Shown in pieces: positions 51,180 through 61,865 of a stretch of 64,000 bases of DNA. This DNA is from an uncultured delta proteobacterium (GTDB lineage: Bacteria > Desulfobacterota > RBG-13-43-22): contig CAWBOS010000012.1 in the NCBI GenBank assembly GCA_963790475.1, positions 1,280,001-1,344,000 on the forward strand, written 5' to 3'. The notes under the pieces were generated by a model, which was given only the letters and a program-made list of their open reading frames with translations, was not told the origin of the DNA and did no database searches. Position 1 is the first letter of the stretch; every line of letters starts with the position of its first letter. A program made the position numbers and the translations under genes.

Positions 51180-51641
51180 ATGAAAATATGCCAATATTTA
51201 CCCTCCGAATTGATCGTGCCGGATTTGAAGGCGCTGAATAAAGAAGGGGTTCTGACGGAACTGGCCGATTTGATCGTTGATCATGTCCCCGGCATGAATA
51301 CCGGAGAGGTTCTCCAGGTCTTGCTGGACCGGGAACGTCTGGGCAGTACCGGAATCGGTGAGGGGTTTGCCATTCCTCATGGAAAATTAAAAACCCTTGA
51401 GAAAATGGTCATCGCTTTCGGCCGTTCCCGTCAGGGGGTCCCCTTTGATTCCCTGGATGGGAAAGCGGCTTTTTATTTTTTTGTTTTAATAGCCCCGGAA
51501 GATTCCGCCGGACTTCATTTAAAGGCCCTGGCCAAAATTTCCCGTTTTTTGAAAAACAGCGCTTTCAAAGAGAGTCTTTCCCAGGCTTCTGACCGAGAAG
51601 CATTACAGAAGGTTATTCAGGAACAGGATAATCTAACGTGA
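51180..51641 (+). CDS. ptsN: PTS IIA(Ntr)-like protein
   Basis: RE.LGSTGIG...AIPHG, FDSLDG. Confidence 0.9.
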   Translation: MKICQYLPSELIVPDLKALNKEGVLTELADLIVDHVPGMNTGEVLQVLLDRERLGSTGIGEGFAIPHGKLKTLEKMVIAFGRSRQGVPFDSLDGKAAFYFFVLIAPEDSAGLHLKALAKISRFLKNSAFKESLSQASDREALQKVIQEQDNLT

Positions 51642-51667
51642 ACTGTGTCACTTTTTTGGGGAACTGA

Positions 51668-52540
51668 ATGTCGCAAAAAAGTATCCGACTGGTGGTTATT
51701 ACCGGGTTGTCCGGATCGGGCAAGAGTACGGCCCTGAAGGCCTTTGAGGATATCGGCTTTTTTTGCATCGACAATCTGCCCGCCACCCTGCTTCCTCGAT
51801 TCCTGGAACTAAGGGATCAGATATCCCGGGAGGTCTTTAAAATCGCCCTGGTCATGGACCTTAGGGGAAAAGATTTTTTAGCCAACTTCCCAAAGATTTT
51901 CCAGGAAGTCAAACGCAAAGGTAATATCGTCGAAGTTTTATTTTTGGAGGCCGATGAAGAAATATTAATCCGCCGCTACAGTCAGACCCGGCGCCATCAT
52001 CCCCTCGGAGACCATAGGATTCTTTCGGTCACTATTCGATTGGAAAGAAAGAAAATGGAACCGATCAAACGGTTGGCGACCTACCGTCTGGACACCAGCC
52101 ATCTCAATGTTCATCAACTCCGCGAGGAGATCATTCGACTTTTCTCCAAAGTGGCCCGGCCGGTCAAAATGACCATGAACCTGATTTCTTTCGGTTATAA
52201 ATACGGCCTGCCCAATGAAGCCGATATCGTTATGGACGTGCGTTTTCTGCCTAACCCCTTTTTCGTCACGGAGTTGAAGGAATTGGACGGGAATCAGAAA
52301 CCGGTGATCGAATACGTGATGAAATGGAAAGAGACCAAGATTTTTTTAAAAGACTTTTACGAATTGATCTCTTTTCTGATCCCTCAATATCAGAAGGAAG
52401 GAAAATCCCAACTCACCATTGCTGTTGGCTGCACTGGAGGAAGGCATCGTTCGGTTGTCATAGTCAATGCCTTGTCTGAATTTTTAAAAAAGCAAAAGCT
52501 CCTGATCAATGTCCGCCACCGGGATATCCGGTTGGGGTAG
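51668..52540 (+). CDS. rapZ: RNase adaptor RapZ/YvcJ
   Basis: GLSGSGKS, DVRFLPNP, GCTGGRHRSV. Confidence 0.95.
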   Translation: MSQKSIRLVVITGLSGSGKSTALKAFEDIGFFCIDNLPATLLPRFLELRDQISREVFKIALVMDLRGKDFLANFPKIFQEVKRKGNIVEVLFLEADEEILIRRYSQTRRHHPLGDHRILSVTIRLERKKMEPIKRLATYRLDTSHLNVHQLREEIIRLFSKVARPVKMTMNLISFGYKYGLPNEADIVMDVRFLPNPFFVTELKELDGNQKPVIEYVMKWKETKIFLKDFYELISFLIPQYQKEGKSQLTIAVGCTGGRHRSVVIVNALSEFLKKQKLLINVRHRDIRLG

Positions 52541-52558
52541 TTTGGAGGCAGCAACCCT

Positions 52559-52966
52559 ATGATAGGAATTGTGATTGTAACCCATTGCAATCTGGGTTTG
52601 GAACTCATACGCTCGGCGGAATTTATCGTGGGAAAATTTGGAAAGGCCAGGGCGGTTTCTCTTAATCCGGAGGACCAGGTTGAGGCCCTGCGGGGAAAGA
52701 TTGCCGAGGCCATCGAAAAGATGGATACCGGGGATGGCGTGATTCTTCTTACAGATATGTTTGGGGGAACCCCATCCAATATCAGCCTTTCCTTTTTAGC
52801 CGAAGGGAAGGTTGAGGTGGTAACCGGAGTAAATCTGCCCATGTTGATCGGTTTGGCTTCCAGAAGAGAAGGGAAATCCTTGAACGAGGTTGCCCGGGAG
52901 ATCAAGGATTATGGCCTTAGAAGTATCGCCCTGGCCGGAGAGATCCTCAAAAAGGAGGTCAAGTAA
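52559..52966 (+). CDS. PTS mannose/fructose-type IIA component
   Basis: IVTH, DMFGGTPSN, GVNLPML. Confidence 0.9.
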   Translation: MIGIVIVTHCNLGLELIRSAEFIVGKFGKARAVSLNPEDQVEALRGKIAEAIEKMDTGDGVILLTDMFGGTPSNISLSFLAEGKVEVVTGVNLPMLIGLASRREGKSLNEVAREIKDYGLRSIALAGEILKKEVK

Positions 52967-52983
52967 GCGTTAAGGAGTTTTCT

Positions 52984-53424
52984 TTGATCTTTGTTCCCGC
53001 CCTTGTGAATGATTTGCCTGATCTATTGACTATTGAATCAGCGTCATTTGCCCAACCTTGGACGAGAATTGCCTTTCTTTCCGAACTGAGAAAGGTGCCC
53101 CCCAGTCTTTATGTGCTCCGACGAGAAACTTCAACTTGTATTTTAGGATATATTTGTTTTTGGCTGGTGGCCGACGAAATCCAGATGCTCAATCTTGCCG
53201 TCCATCCCGACTACCGGCGACAGGGACTGGGCCGCAAGCTAATGACTTTTCTTTTTACCGTGGCCGAAGAAAAAAGTGTATCAAAAGTGCTGTTAGAGGT
53301 CCGTCCCTCTAACCAGATCGCCATTGCCTTATATCACTCCCTTGGATTTAGAATCCTCTATCGTCGTCCAGGTTATTATGAACCGGAAGGAGAGGATGCC
53401 CTGGTGATGGAATGGTCCGGGTAA
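52984..53424 (+). CDS. rimI: Ribosomal-protein-alanine N-acetyltransferase
   Basis: NLAVHP..RRQGLG, LEVRPSN, R.GYY...EDA. Confidence 0.88.
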   Translation: MIFVPALVNDLPDLLTIESASFAQPWTRIAFLSELRKVPPSLYVLRRETSTCILGYICFWLVADEIQMLNLAVHPDYRRQGLGRKLMTFLFTVAEEKSVSKVLLEVRPSNQIAIALYHSLGFRILYRRPGYYEPEGEDALVMEWSG

Positions 53425-53487
53425 TTTCTGGTTTGTTTTTATAGGGTTGCTAAATCTTAAGGGAAAAATATTAAAAAAATCCCTTTT

Positions 53488-53513
53488 TAACTATTTATTT
53501 ATATTTCTGTCTA
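53488..53513 (+). promoter_or_regulatory. Possible ECF autoregulatory promoter
   Basis: TAAC-17 bp-GTCTA just upstream of the ECF sigma gene. Confidence 0.4.
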
Positions 53514-53532
53514 TTATAGGTAATAAGACCAT

Positions 53533-54069
53533 ATGACCGATGATCAGTTAGTGGAGAGGGTAAAAGATGGGGATTCCGGAGCCTTTGAAGAACTGGTCGT
53601 TCGGCATCAGAAGTCACTCTATTATTTTGTGCTAAGGGTACTGAAGAATTCCCTGGATGCAGAGGACACGGTCCAAAGAATATTTTTATTGGCCTATCAA
53701 AATATCAAAGGATTCCGTGCTGATGCGACTTTTAAAACTTGGATATATCGAATCGGCATCAATCAATGTCATAATTATTTTCGTCAGAACAAAAACAGGG
53801 AATTTATCTCGGTTGATGATATCCCGGTGACCGATACAAAAGCCAATCCGGAAGGGGATTTTTCGGATAGAGAAAGGCTGTCCCATCTCCAGAAGGCGGT
53901 GGAACGGCTGCCCTATAAACAGAGGATGGTGGTTATTCTGAGAATCTATCAAGAACTCACTTTTGAAGAGATTGGGAAAACCCTCAATATAAGGGCCAAT
54001 TCAGCCAAGGTCAATTTCCATCATGCCTTGGAAAAGCTTAAAAATTGGATAAAAACGGAAAAGAGATGA
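53533..54069 (+). CDS. ECF sigma factor
   Basis: AFEELV, DAED.VQ, FKTWIYRI, region 4 HTH. Confidence 0.9.
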   Translation: MTDDQLVERVKDGDSGAFEELVVRHQKSLYYFVLRVLKNSLDAEDTVQRIFLLAYQNIKGFRADATFKTWIYRIGINQCHNYFRQNKNREFISVDDIPVTDTKANPEGDFSDRERLSHLQKAVERLPYKQRMVVILRIYQELTFEEIGKTLNIRANSAKVNFHHALEKLKNWIKTEKR

Positions 54070-54749
54070 AAAGAAAAATTTGTATAAAAATGAGAAAACT
54101 AGGTGATGATTATTATCAAAATCTCCTGGAATCCGGTCCCGCTTCAGAGTTTGAGGCCCATTTATCCGAATGTCCCTCCTGCCGGAAGGCCTATGAAGAA
54201 ACCCGGGAGGTTTTGACTTTATTAAAAAAGAACGACCTGCCGGACCCGGGGCCGGGCTTTTGGAATGGCCTGAGTTCCCGGATTATGACCCAAGTCCGTC
54301 TTTACCGGCCGGAGGAGAAGGAAGAGCCCTGGTACAAAAAGGTCCGGATAAATCCTTTCGGGTGGCCGGGCTATGCCTGGGCCACAGCTTTGATTCTAAT
54401 GCTGTTGACTCCTGTGGTTATTTATAATATGCATGTTCAAGACAATAGCAGGCCTTCAATCCAGGAAATTAAAGGCCCTGAAATGAAATGGGATACGGGG
54501 TCATTGACCTTTTCTGTGCCCGTTGAATCCCTTTCCGACAATGAGTCAGTTCGTTTGGCGAAAAAGGTGGTGGCTCGGATGGGAAAGGACTTGCCCGGCC
54601 CCACCCGTTTGGTGATGGACGATGAGCTGCATTGGGATGTTTCCGGATCCCTCGAGGGGCTGAATAATCGTGAGCTGGAAGTCTTGATCAAAAAAATGGA
54701 ACCCGGCGATTCCGCGGTTTATAAGGAGGAAGGGGGAAATGTCTGCTAA
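54066..54749 (+). CDS. Zinc-finger (HxxxCxxC) anti-sigma factor
   Basis: HLSECPSC plus single TM; follows ECF sigma. Confidence 0.8.
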   Translation: MKRKICIKMRKLGDDYYQNLLESGPASEFEAHLSECPSCRKAYEETREVLTLLKKNDLPDPGPGFWNGLSSRIMTQVRLYRPEEKEEPWYKKVRINPFGWPGYAWATALILMLLTPVVIYNMHVQDNSRPSIQEIKGPEMKWDTGSLTFSVPVESLSDNESVRLAKKVVARMGKDLPGPTRLVMDDELHWDVSGSLEGLNNRELEVLIKKMEPGDSAVYKEEGGNVC

Positions 54750-55263
54750 AAATACCATATGGATTTTTATTCTTTCTTTGATTTTGGGAAGTTTTCCGGC
54801 CTGGGCCGACCCCTGGAAAGAAATGAAAGACCCTCACGAAAGAAGCTGGGAACGAATTCAGATGATGAAGGTATGGAAATTGACCGAAACTCTGAAATTG
54901 GACCGGGAAAGCGCGGCCCGATTCATTGCCGTGAACAATTATTATGAAGAGGCTCGAAAAAAGGTCCATCGTGATTTTCGAGAAGATATCCAAAAGGTTA
55001 GAAATATGCTTCAGGGTACGAATCCTTCGGAACGGGAGTTGAAAGACCTCGTGATTCGTCTAAAAAACCGGAAAAAAGAGATGAACGATTTGGAAAATAA
55101 GCAAATGGAAGAAGAAATGAATTTACTTAAGCCCGAACAACAGGCTCGGTATTTTCTGTTTCAGATAGACTTCCGGAGGGAGATGGAAGACATGATCCGT
55201 GAAATTCGAGGAGAAAGACCCCCCCGGACCGGGTTTGATAAGCCAACGGAAAAAATAAGGTAA
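54739..55263 (+). CDS. Periplasmic Spy/CpxP-like helical protein
   Basis: Signal peptide, L.L..E, L.PEQQARY motif. Confidence 0.6.
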   Translation: MSAKNTIWIFILSLILGSFPAWADPWKEMKDPHERSWERIQMMKVWKLTETLKLDRESAARFIAVNNYYEEARKKVHRDFREDIQKVRNMLQGTNPSERELKDLVIRLKNRKKEMNDLENKQMEEEMNLLKPEQQARYFLFQIDFRREMEDMIREIRGERPPRTGFDKPTEKIR

Positions 55264-55894
55264 TTATTTAAGTGACTTGAAACTCTTTTAAAACCTTACT
55301 AATGGAATCCTTTGCTCCTTTTTCCCGACTACTGGATAGAAGAATCCAAAGGTTCAGCCATCAAAGGAGTGGCAATTTCCCGCCTTTATCCGAAAACGAT
55401 TTTTCTCCTAATTGAAAGAGGCTTCTAAAAAAAAATCAAATGGTTAATTTCGACCAAAAATTGCCTTGACTTCGGTGGTGAAAAATAGTACATGGGAAAT
55501 ATAATTTTTTCGGGGACCGGAAAATTGCCTAACCAATAAACGTTAAAATTCGGTTGGATATAATTTAAAGTGAGCAGGAAAAAGGAACCTTGTGTATTCC
55601 TCCCCCTGGTATCCCCACCAGGCCGATCTATTGATATGAAAAATATTATTTGTAGGATTCGATGCAGATCGGGATTGGATAGGTTTGGGGGCTGATAAAG
55701 GCGAGTACCTCAGGGAGATAGTGAAGACCGTGGTTTTTTTTCGTCGGGAATCTGAACATTAGACGAATCGCAACACCCCCTCAACACTCCCCCCCCGGAA
55801 GGGTAACCAAAGACGGGTTTCCCGTTCAAAACCAGCAAAAAATTTTCAACCGCAGGGCCTTTGCGTCCTCTAATCTTCTTAGGGAAGGATATCC

Positions 55895-56767
55895 ATGAGT
55901 ATTCAAAAGCGATTACAAAATGGTGAGTTTGTCGTTCTCGCTGAAATGAACACACCGAAAGGAGTGGACATTTCCCGGTTTATGACCGATGCCCGGCGGA
56001 TCAAGGGACGAGTCGATGGAATGGTCGTCCCCGACTTGAATAACGGCGTTATGCGAATGAGTGCCCTGGCCGGTGGTGCATTACTTCAACAACAAGGGAT
56101 CGAATCTATCATCATGGTCTATGGACGGGACCGAAACCGGATGGCCCTGCAGGGTGATCTGCTGGCCGCCCATGTACTTGGTATCCAGAACCTGATTGTG
56201 GTTCGGGGTGAACCCATGTCTAACAGTGACCACCGCAATGCCTTGCCGGTTGACGATCTGGATGAACTGGGTTTGCTGGAAACGATCCAGTCCCTTAAAG
56301 GGGGAAAGGATTTGGCCGGATTTGATCTGGAAGGACGACCAGAATTCTATGTTGGTTGCCAAATCGCACCTTATACCGACGATGAGGGCTTAAACAACGA
56401 ACTGGAGCTGGCCAAGAAAAAGATAGCCACTGGCGCCGCTTTCCTGGTTACCCCTCCGGTTTATGACCTCAACCATTTTGAAAGTTTTATGCAAAAAGCC
56501 GCCTCCCTCAACACACCGGTCATTGCCCCGGTTTTTCTGATCAAGTCCGTGGCGGTGGCCCGCTATATCCTGACCCATGAACCGGGCGCTTCTATTTCCG
56601 AAGAGTTGATCAGACGTATCCGAAAATCCTCTGATCGTGAAATGGAGGGTGTAAAAATTGCCGGAGAGACCATTGCTCAACTCCGAAAAATGGTCCAAGG
56701 GGTTTTGATTCAAACCATGGGATGGGAGCACCGCCTGTCGAACATTATGGATATGGCAGGCATCTAA
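55895..56767 (+). CDS. Methylenetetrahydrofolate reductase-like paralogue
   Basis: E..PKG, RDRNRMALQGD, K...GA.F..T; divergent RGE and TPP motifs. Confidence 0.8.
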   Translation: MSIQKRLQNGEFVVLAEMNTPKGVDISRFMTDARRIKGRVDGMVVPDLNNGVMRMSALAGGALLQQQGIESIIMVYGRDRNRMALQGDLLAAHVLGIQNLIVVRGEPMSNSDHRNALPVDDLDELGLLETIQSLKGGKDLAGFDLEGRPEFYVGCQIAPYTDDEGLNNELELAKKKIATGAAFLVTPPVYDLNHFESFMQKAASLNTPVIAPVFLIKSVAVARYILTHEPGASISEELIRRIRKSSDREMEGVKIAGETIAQLRKMVQGVLIQTMGWEHRLSNIMDMAGI

Positions 56768-56781
56768 CGGAAACCTTCAAG

Positions 56782-59700
56782 ATGGAAATTAAAAAGAAAG
56801 ATATGGAACTAGAAAACCCACTTCAAACGAACGACAAGGTCCTGGTAATCGGGGGCGGAATGGGGGGTATTCGGGCGGCATTGGATCTGGCCGAGTCCCA
56901 AAAAAGTGTTGTCCTTATTGATAAAGCCAATGCCATTGGCGGATTAATGACCCTCCTGGACCGAACATTTCCGACCAATAACTGCGACCTTTGCACCATC
57001 TCCTCGACCCTGTCCGAAACCAATCGAAACCAATACATCCAATTGATGCCCCTGACCCAAATCTCACAATTGAAGGGTGAGGCCGGTAATTTCACGGCAG
57101 TTCTTTCCACTACCCCGCGTCATATCGACCTGGACCGATGTACTGCCTGCGGGGAATGCCGCCGGCAATTCCCGGAGTGTGTGGATTTCAATCCGGGCCT
57201 TGATCATCGGGCACCAACCTGTATGCGCTACCCCCAGGCCACTCCTCAGGCCTTTTCCATCGACCTGAGCCGATGTCAGGACCCCCAGGGGCTGGAGGCC
57301 TGTTGCCCGGCCGGCGCCATCCTTTTAGACGATCATGAACGCCAAATTGAGATGCCTGTAGCGGCGATTGTTTTGGCTCCCGGTGCCGCCATTTTTGACC
57401 CCTCGGGCCTGGACAACTTGAGCTATCAAGATCCTGATGTATTGACCAGTCTGGAATACGAGCGAATTTTATCCGCGTCCGGACCCACCCAGGGTAAGTT
57501 GGTTTGTCCCTCCGATGGGCGTGTTCCGGCCAAAATCGCCTGGATCCAATGCGTGGGTTCCCGGGGGATGCAACATGGGGCGGCTTCTTATTGTTCCAGC
57601 GCCTGTTGCATGTTCGCCCTCAAGGAAGCCATGGTCACCAAAGAGCGTTTTCAGAACAGCATTGAAACAACCATGTTTTATATGGATATGCGGACTTTCG
57701 GGAAAGACTATGAACGATATTTAGAACGGAGCCGGAAGGAATACGGCGTACGTTTTGTTCGCAGCCGGCCGCACACCGTGGCCCGGAGGTCCGGAGAGTC
57801 TCAGGTGACAGTCTTCTTTGCTGCCGAAGAAGGGGGAGCTCCAAAAGAAGAATTATTTGACCTGGTGGTCCTTTCCACCGGATTCCGGGTCAACGAAGAC
57901 CTCAAACAAATGGCCGATCGTCTGGGCATAAATCTGAACACACACGGTTTTGCCCAAGGCGATTCTTTTAATCCGGTGGCCACCTCCCGACCCGGAATAT
58001 ATGTGTGCGGCATGTTTGAAAGTCCTAAGGACATCCCCGACACCATGGTCCAGGCCAGTGCCGCTGCCTGCCGGGCTTCGTCCCATGTTTCCGCCCAGGC
58101 GGTTTTATCTGAAATTGATGAGGAATTGATACCGGAACGGGATGTGACCGGCGAAGCCCCCCGAATTGGTGTGTTTATCTGTGACTGCGGGGAAGACATC
58201 GGTGGTGTGATCAGTGTACCGGAATTGGCTGCTTATTCGGCCAAGATGGGTGGTGTGATCCTGTCCGAAGGAGTGGGACACGGCTGCAGCCGCGAGTCCA
58301 TGAATCATATACAAGAGGCGATTGTCAATCATAAGCTTAACCGTGTGGTCATCGGCGGGTGCTCTCCCCGTACCCATGAGTCCCGGTTTCAAGATGTCCT
58401 CCGCCGGGCCGGGTTGAATAAATATTTGCTGGAAATGGCTAACCTCCGGGAACAGGATACCTGGGTTCATCGGGATCGTTTAATTGAGGCCGGGGCCAAC
58501 GCCCGACAATTTATCCGGGCGGCTGTCCAGGCTGTCAAAAAGGCCCGACCCCTTACTGAAAACCAATTGCCTATCAATAGGGATGTTTTGGTTGTGGGCG
58601 GGGGGATAGCGGGAATGACCGCTGCCCTGCGATTGGCCGAACAGGGTTTCAAGGTCTTTCTGGCCGAACGACTATCCTTTCTGGGGGGTGTGGCCAACCT
58701 GGTCCACCGGACTTTGGAAGGCGAAGACGTTCAGACCTTTGTTCAAGACCTGATCCGTCAGACGATGTCCCATGCCAATATCCAGGTCATTACCAATGCT
58801 ATTATCGTCGATCATAGCGGCAGGCCGGGCTTGTACAAAACCGGTCTGCAGGTCGGACCGCAGATGTTTTACCGGCAAATCAGCCACGGGGTTACGATCC
58901 TGGCCACCGGCGCACTGCCTAACCGCCCGAAGGATTATCTCCTCGGCCAACACGAGGCGGTCATGACCCAGTTGGATGCGGATGGCCGGCTCGAAGAAAC
59001 ACCGGAAAAGACCAATAACTGGGAAACCGTGGTCATGATTCAATGTGTAGGCTCCCGGCAAGCGGATAATCCTAACTGTTCGCGGATCTGCTGTCAGACG
59101 GCGATCAAAAACGCCCTAAGAATTTTGGAAAAGAACCCGGATGCCCTTATTTTCGTCCTTTATCGGGATATGCGGACTTATGGTTTCCAGGAAGACTATT
59201 ATCGGCTGGCCCGGGAAAAAGGGGTCGTCTTTGTTCGTTATGAACCGGAAAACCCACCCGAGGTCCAGGCCGCAGGAAAGCAGGTGAAAATTACCTTCAC
59301 CGATCCTATCCTGGGCCGATCCCTGGCCGTCACTGCAGACGCCCTGCTTTTAAGTACCGGTCTGGTCAGCGATGATGAATCCACGGAAGACCTGGAAGCG
59401 ATTTTCAAAATTCCCAGAACATCGGATGGTTATTTTTTGGAAGACCATATCAAATTACGCCCGGTGGATCTTTCCAATCCAGGGTTTTTTCTGGCCGGAA
59501 CCGCTCATTCCCCTCGGTTGATCCGGGAAACAATCGCCCAGGCCGAGGCCTCAGCCGCCAGGGCCCAGACCATCCTCAGCCGCGACCACATCAACCTTGG
59601 TGCGGCCGTCGCCCGGGTTGACTCCAAAAAATGTGCCGCCTGTCTGATTTGCGTCCGGGCTTGTCCTTTTGACGTCCCGTTTATCAACGCAGACGGGACT

Positions 59701-59841
59701 TCGGAAATCGATCCGTCCAAATGTCAGGGTTGTGGCATTTGCGTCTCCGAGTGCCCGGCCAAGGCCATACAACTGATGCAGTTTGAAGACGATCAGATTC
59801 TGGCCAAGCTCGATGGCTTGCTGGAAAGGAGAGTAGCATAA
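56782..59841 (+). CDS. hdrA: Heterodisulfide reductase subunit A-like flavoprotein
   Basis: Two GGG.GG/GGGIAG FAD motifs, TFPTNNC, two IQCVGSR, C-terminal 2x[4Fe-4S]. Confidence 0.93.
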   Translation: MEIKKKDMELENPLQTNDKVLVIGGGMGGIRAALDLAESQKSVVLIDKANAIGGLMTLLDRTFPTNNCDLCTISSTLSETNRNQYIQLMPLTQISQLKGEAGNFTAVLSTTPRHIDLDRCTACGECRRQFPECVDFNPGLDHRAPTCMRYPQATPQAFSIDLSRCQDPQGLEACCPAGAILLDDHERQIEMPVAAIVLAPGAAIFDPSGLDNLSYQDPDVLTSLEYERILSASGPTQGKLVCPSDGRVPAKIAWIQCVGSRGMQHGAASYCSSACCMFALKEAMVTKERFQNSIETTMFYMDMRTFGKDYERYLERSRKEYGVRFVRSRPHTVARRSGESQVTVFFAAEEGGAPKEELFDLVVLSTGFRVNEDLKQMADRLGINLNTHGFAQGDSFNPVATSRPGIYVCGMFESPKDIPDTMVQASAAACRASSHVSAQAVLSEIDEELIPERDVTGEAPRIGVFICDCGEDIGGVISVPELAAYSAKMGGVILSEGVGHGCSRESMNHIQEAIVNHKLNRVVIGGCSPRTHESRFQDVLRRAGLNKYLLEMANLREQDTWVHRDRLIEAGANARQFIRAAVQAVKKARPLTENQLPINRDVLVVGGGIAGMTAALRLAEQGFKVFLAERLSFLGGVANLVHRTLEGEDVQTFVQDLIRQTMSHANIQVITNAIIVDHSGRPGLYKTGLQVGPQMFYRQISHGVTILATGALPNRPKDYLLGQHEAVMTQLDADGRLEETPEKTNNWETVVMIQCVGSRQADNPNCSRICCQTAIKNALRILEKNPDALIFVLYRDMRTYGFQEDYYRLAREKGVVFVRYEPENPPEVQAAGKQVKITFTDPILGRSLAVTADALLLSTGLVSDDESTEDLEAIFKIPRTSDGYFLEDHIKLRPVDLSNPGFFLAGTAHSPRLIRETIAQAEASAARAQTILSRDHINLGAAVARVDSKKCAACLICVRACPFDVPFINADGTSEIDPSKCQGCGICVSECPAKAIQLMQFEDDQILAKLDGLLERRVA

Positions 59842-59845
59842 CCTA

Positions 59846-60268
59846 ATGGAAACATTTGAACCGGTCATCGTCGCTTTTTGCTGTCATTACTGCGCCTACA
59901 CCGCCGCGGACATGGCCGGCACCCAGCGGCTCAGTTATCCCCCCAATGTCAAAATTATCCGGGTACCCTGCTCCGGGAAGGTAGATACCATTCATATTTT
60001 GAAGGCCTTTGAAAAAGGCGCCGACGGCGTCTATGTGGCTGGTTGTCTGGATGGAGACTGCCATTTTAAAAAAGGGAACATCCGGGCTGCCAAACGGGTG
60101 GCACAGGTGCGAAGGCTCCTGGAAAGCATCGGCATTGAAGGCCAAAGAGTGGAAATGGCCAATCTCTCAGCCGGCATGGGAGAGGGTTTCGCCGAGATTG
60201 CCCGGCAGATCACCGAAAAAATACGGAATCTGGGGCCCAACCCAGTCCGAATACCGAAGGAGAAATAA
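59846..60268 (+). CDS. mvhD: MvhD [2Fe-2S] subunit
   Basis: FCC.YCAY.AAD, PCSGKV, GADGV, GC..GDCHF. Confidence 0.93.
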   Translation: METFEPVIVAFCCHYCAYTAADMAGTQRLSYPPNVKIIRVPCSGKVDTIHILKAFEKGADGVYVAGCLDGDCHFKKGNIRAAKRVAQVRRLLESIGIEGQRVEMANLSAGMGEGFAEIARQITEKIRNLGPNPVRIPKEK

Positions 60269-60273
60269 AGTCG

Positions 60274-60942
60274 ATGATTACAGCGGAATCAAAACCCCTG
60301 GAGGAAATCATTGAATATATCCGGCCGTTTCAGAGAATTCTGCTGGTCGGATGTAATGAGTGTGTGACGGTTTGTTCCGCCGGCGGCCGAAAGGAAGTCG
60401 GTATCCTGTCCTCACTACTGCAAATGGCCTTTCTGAAGCAGGGTAAAAATCTACAGATTCGGGAACATACCCTGGAACGCCAATGCGATCCGGAATATGT
60501 GGAAGAACTGACGACCATGGTTGACGGCGTGGATGCGATCTTGTCCATGGCTTGCGGATGCGGCGTCCAGGAGTTGAGCCGCCGGTTTAAAGCCAAACCG
60601 GTATTCCCCGCGGTCAATACCAAATTTATGGGGGCCTCGGAACGACAGGGCATATGGTCGGAACGGTGTGCGGGATGCGGCGATTGTTTGCTGGGGATTA
60701 CCGGCGGGATTTGTCCCATTGCCCGATGCTCCAAACAATTGATGAACGGTCCCTGTGGAGGTTCCATCTCCGGTAAATGTGAAATCAGTCCGGATGTGGA
60801 CTGTGCCTGGCAATTGATCTGGGACCGGCTCAAGTCGATGGGGCTGGAAAGCCGTTTCGAAGAAATCATCCCGGCTAAAGACTGGCGTCCCGGCCGGGGA
60901 GCCGGCCCCCGAAAAATTATCAGAGAGGATTTGGCAGAATGA
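60274..60942 (+). CDS. metV: MTHFR small subunit MetV
   Basis: CAGCGDC, CPIARCSK..NGPCGG, CE...CAW. Confidence 0.9.
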   Translation: MITAESKPLEEIIEYIRPFQRILLVGCNECVTVCSAGGRKEVGILSSLLQMAFLKQGKNLQIREHTLERQCDPEYVEELTTMVDGVDAILSMACGCGVQELSRRFKAKPVFPAVNTKFMGASERQGIWSERCAGCGDCLLGITGGICPIARCSKQLMNGPCGGSISGKCEISPDVDCAWQLIWDRLKSMGLESRFEEIIPAKDWRPGRGAGPRKIIREDLAE

Positions 60943-61865
60943 AAACTGAGAGTGTCCTGGAAAAAGTTTTGAAAGCCGGAAAGCTGGCCGTAACCTCGGA
61001 GTGTGGTCCTCCTCGAGGGGCCGTGCCGGAAAAGATTCGTCAGAAAGCGGAACTGTTGAAAGGTTATATTGATGCCGTCAATGTCACCGATAACCAGACG
61101 GCCATGGTCCGCATGTCGAGCTTTGCTGCTGGTGTTTTCCTGCGGCAAATGGGACTGCATCCGATCCTGCAAATGGTCACCCGGGATCGTAACCGATTGG
61201 CTATGCAGGCCGATATCATCGGGGCTTATGCGCATGGCATCAATACCATGCTTTGCCTATCGGGAGATCATCCTCATTTTGGAGACCACCCCATGGCTGC
61301 CAGTGTCCATGATATCGATTCAATTCAGTTTTTGCAGATGGTCAAGAAAATGAGGGATGAAGGCAAGTTTCAGGGGGGTGCGGACATTGAAAATCCTCCC
61401 AGAATGTTCATCGGTGCAGCGGCCAATCCCTTTGCGGATCCCTTTGAACTCCGGGTGGCCCGTCTGGCCAAGAAGGTGGCTGCCGGTGCTGATTTTATTC
61501 AGACCCAATGTATCTACAATGTGGAGAAATTTGAAAAATGGATGGAAGGGGTCCGAAACCGGGGTCTTCATGATAAATGCTATATCCTGGCCGGCATCAC
61601 TCCCCTGAAAACGGCAGGAATGGCCCGATATATGAAAAATAAGGTTCCAGGTATGGATGTCCCTCAGGAAGTGGTGGACCGGATGGCCGGTGTTCCAAAA
61701 GAACAACAGGGAGAAGAAGGGATTCGTATCTGCGTGGAAACCATAGAACGACTTAAGCAGGTCAAGGGTGTGGCCGGTTTTCATATCATGGCCATTGAGT
61801 GGGAGCAGAAAGTGCCCGAGATTGTGGAGCGGGCCGGACTTTATCCCCGACCCGATGTCGCGTAA
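60939..61865 (+). CDS. metF: Methylenetetrahydrofolate reductase MetF
   Basis: E.GPP, NVTDNQ, RDRNR, SGD, GADFIQTQ. Confidence 0.92.
   Translation: MKTESVLEKVLKAGKLAVTSECGPPRGAVPEKIRQKAELLKGYIDAVNVTDNQTAMVRMSSFAAGVFLRQMGLHPILQMVTRDRNRLAMQADIIGAYAHGINTMLCLSGDHPHFGDHPMAASVHDIDSIQFLQMVKKMRDEGKFQGGADIENPPRMFIGAAANPFADPFELRVARLAKKVAAGADFIQTQCIYNVEKFEKWMEGVRNRGLHDKCYILAGITPLKTAGMARYMKNKVPGMDVPQEVVDRMAGVPKEQQGEEGIRICVETIERLKQVKGVAGFHIMAIEWEQKVPEIVERAGLYPRPDVA

Noticed and set aside
55264-55894. SAM/THF/cobalamin riboswitch upstream of the metF cluster
   Set aside because: No recognisable conserved riboswitch motifs by eye; cmscan would be needed
56782-60268. Selenocysteine recoding in HdrA/MvhD
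   Set aside because: Both ORFs are uninterrupted and have Cys at the usual positions
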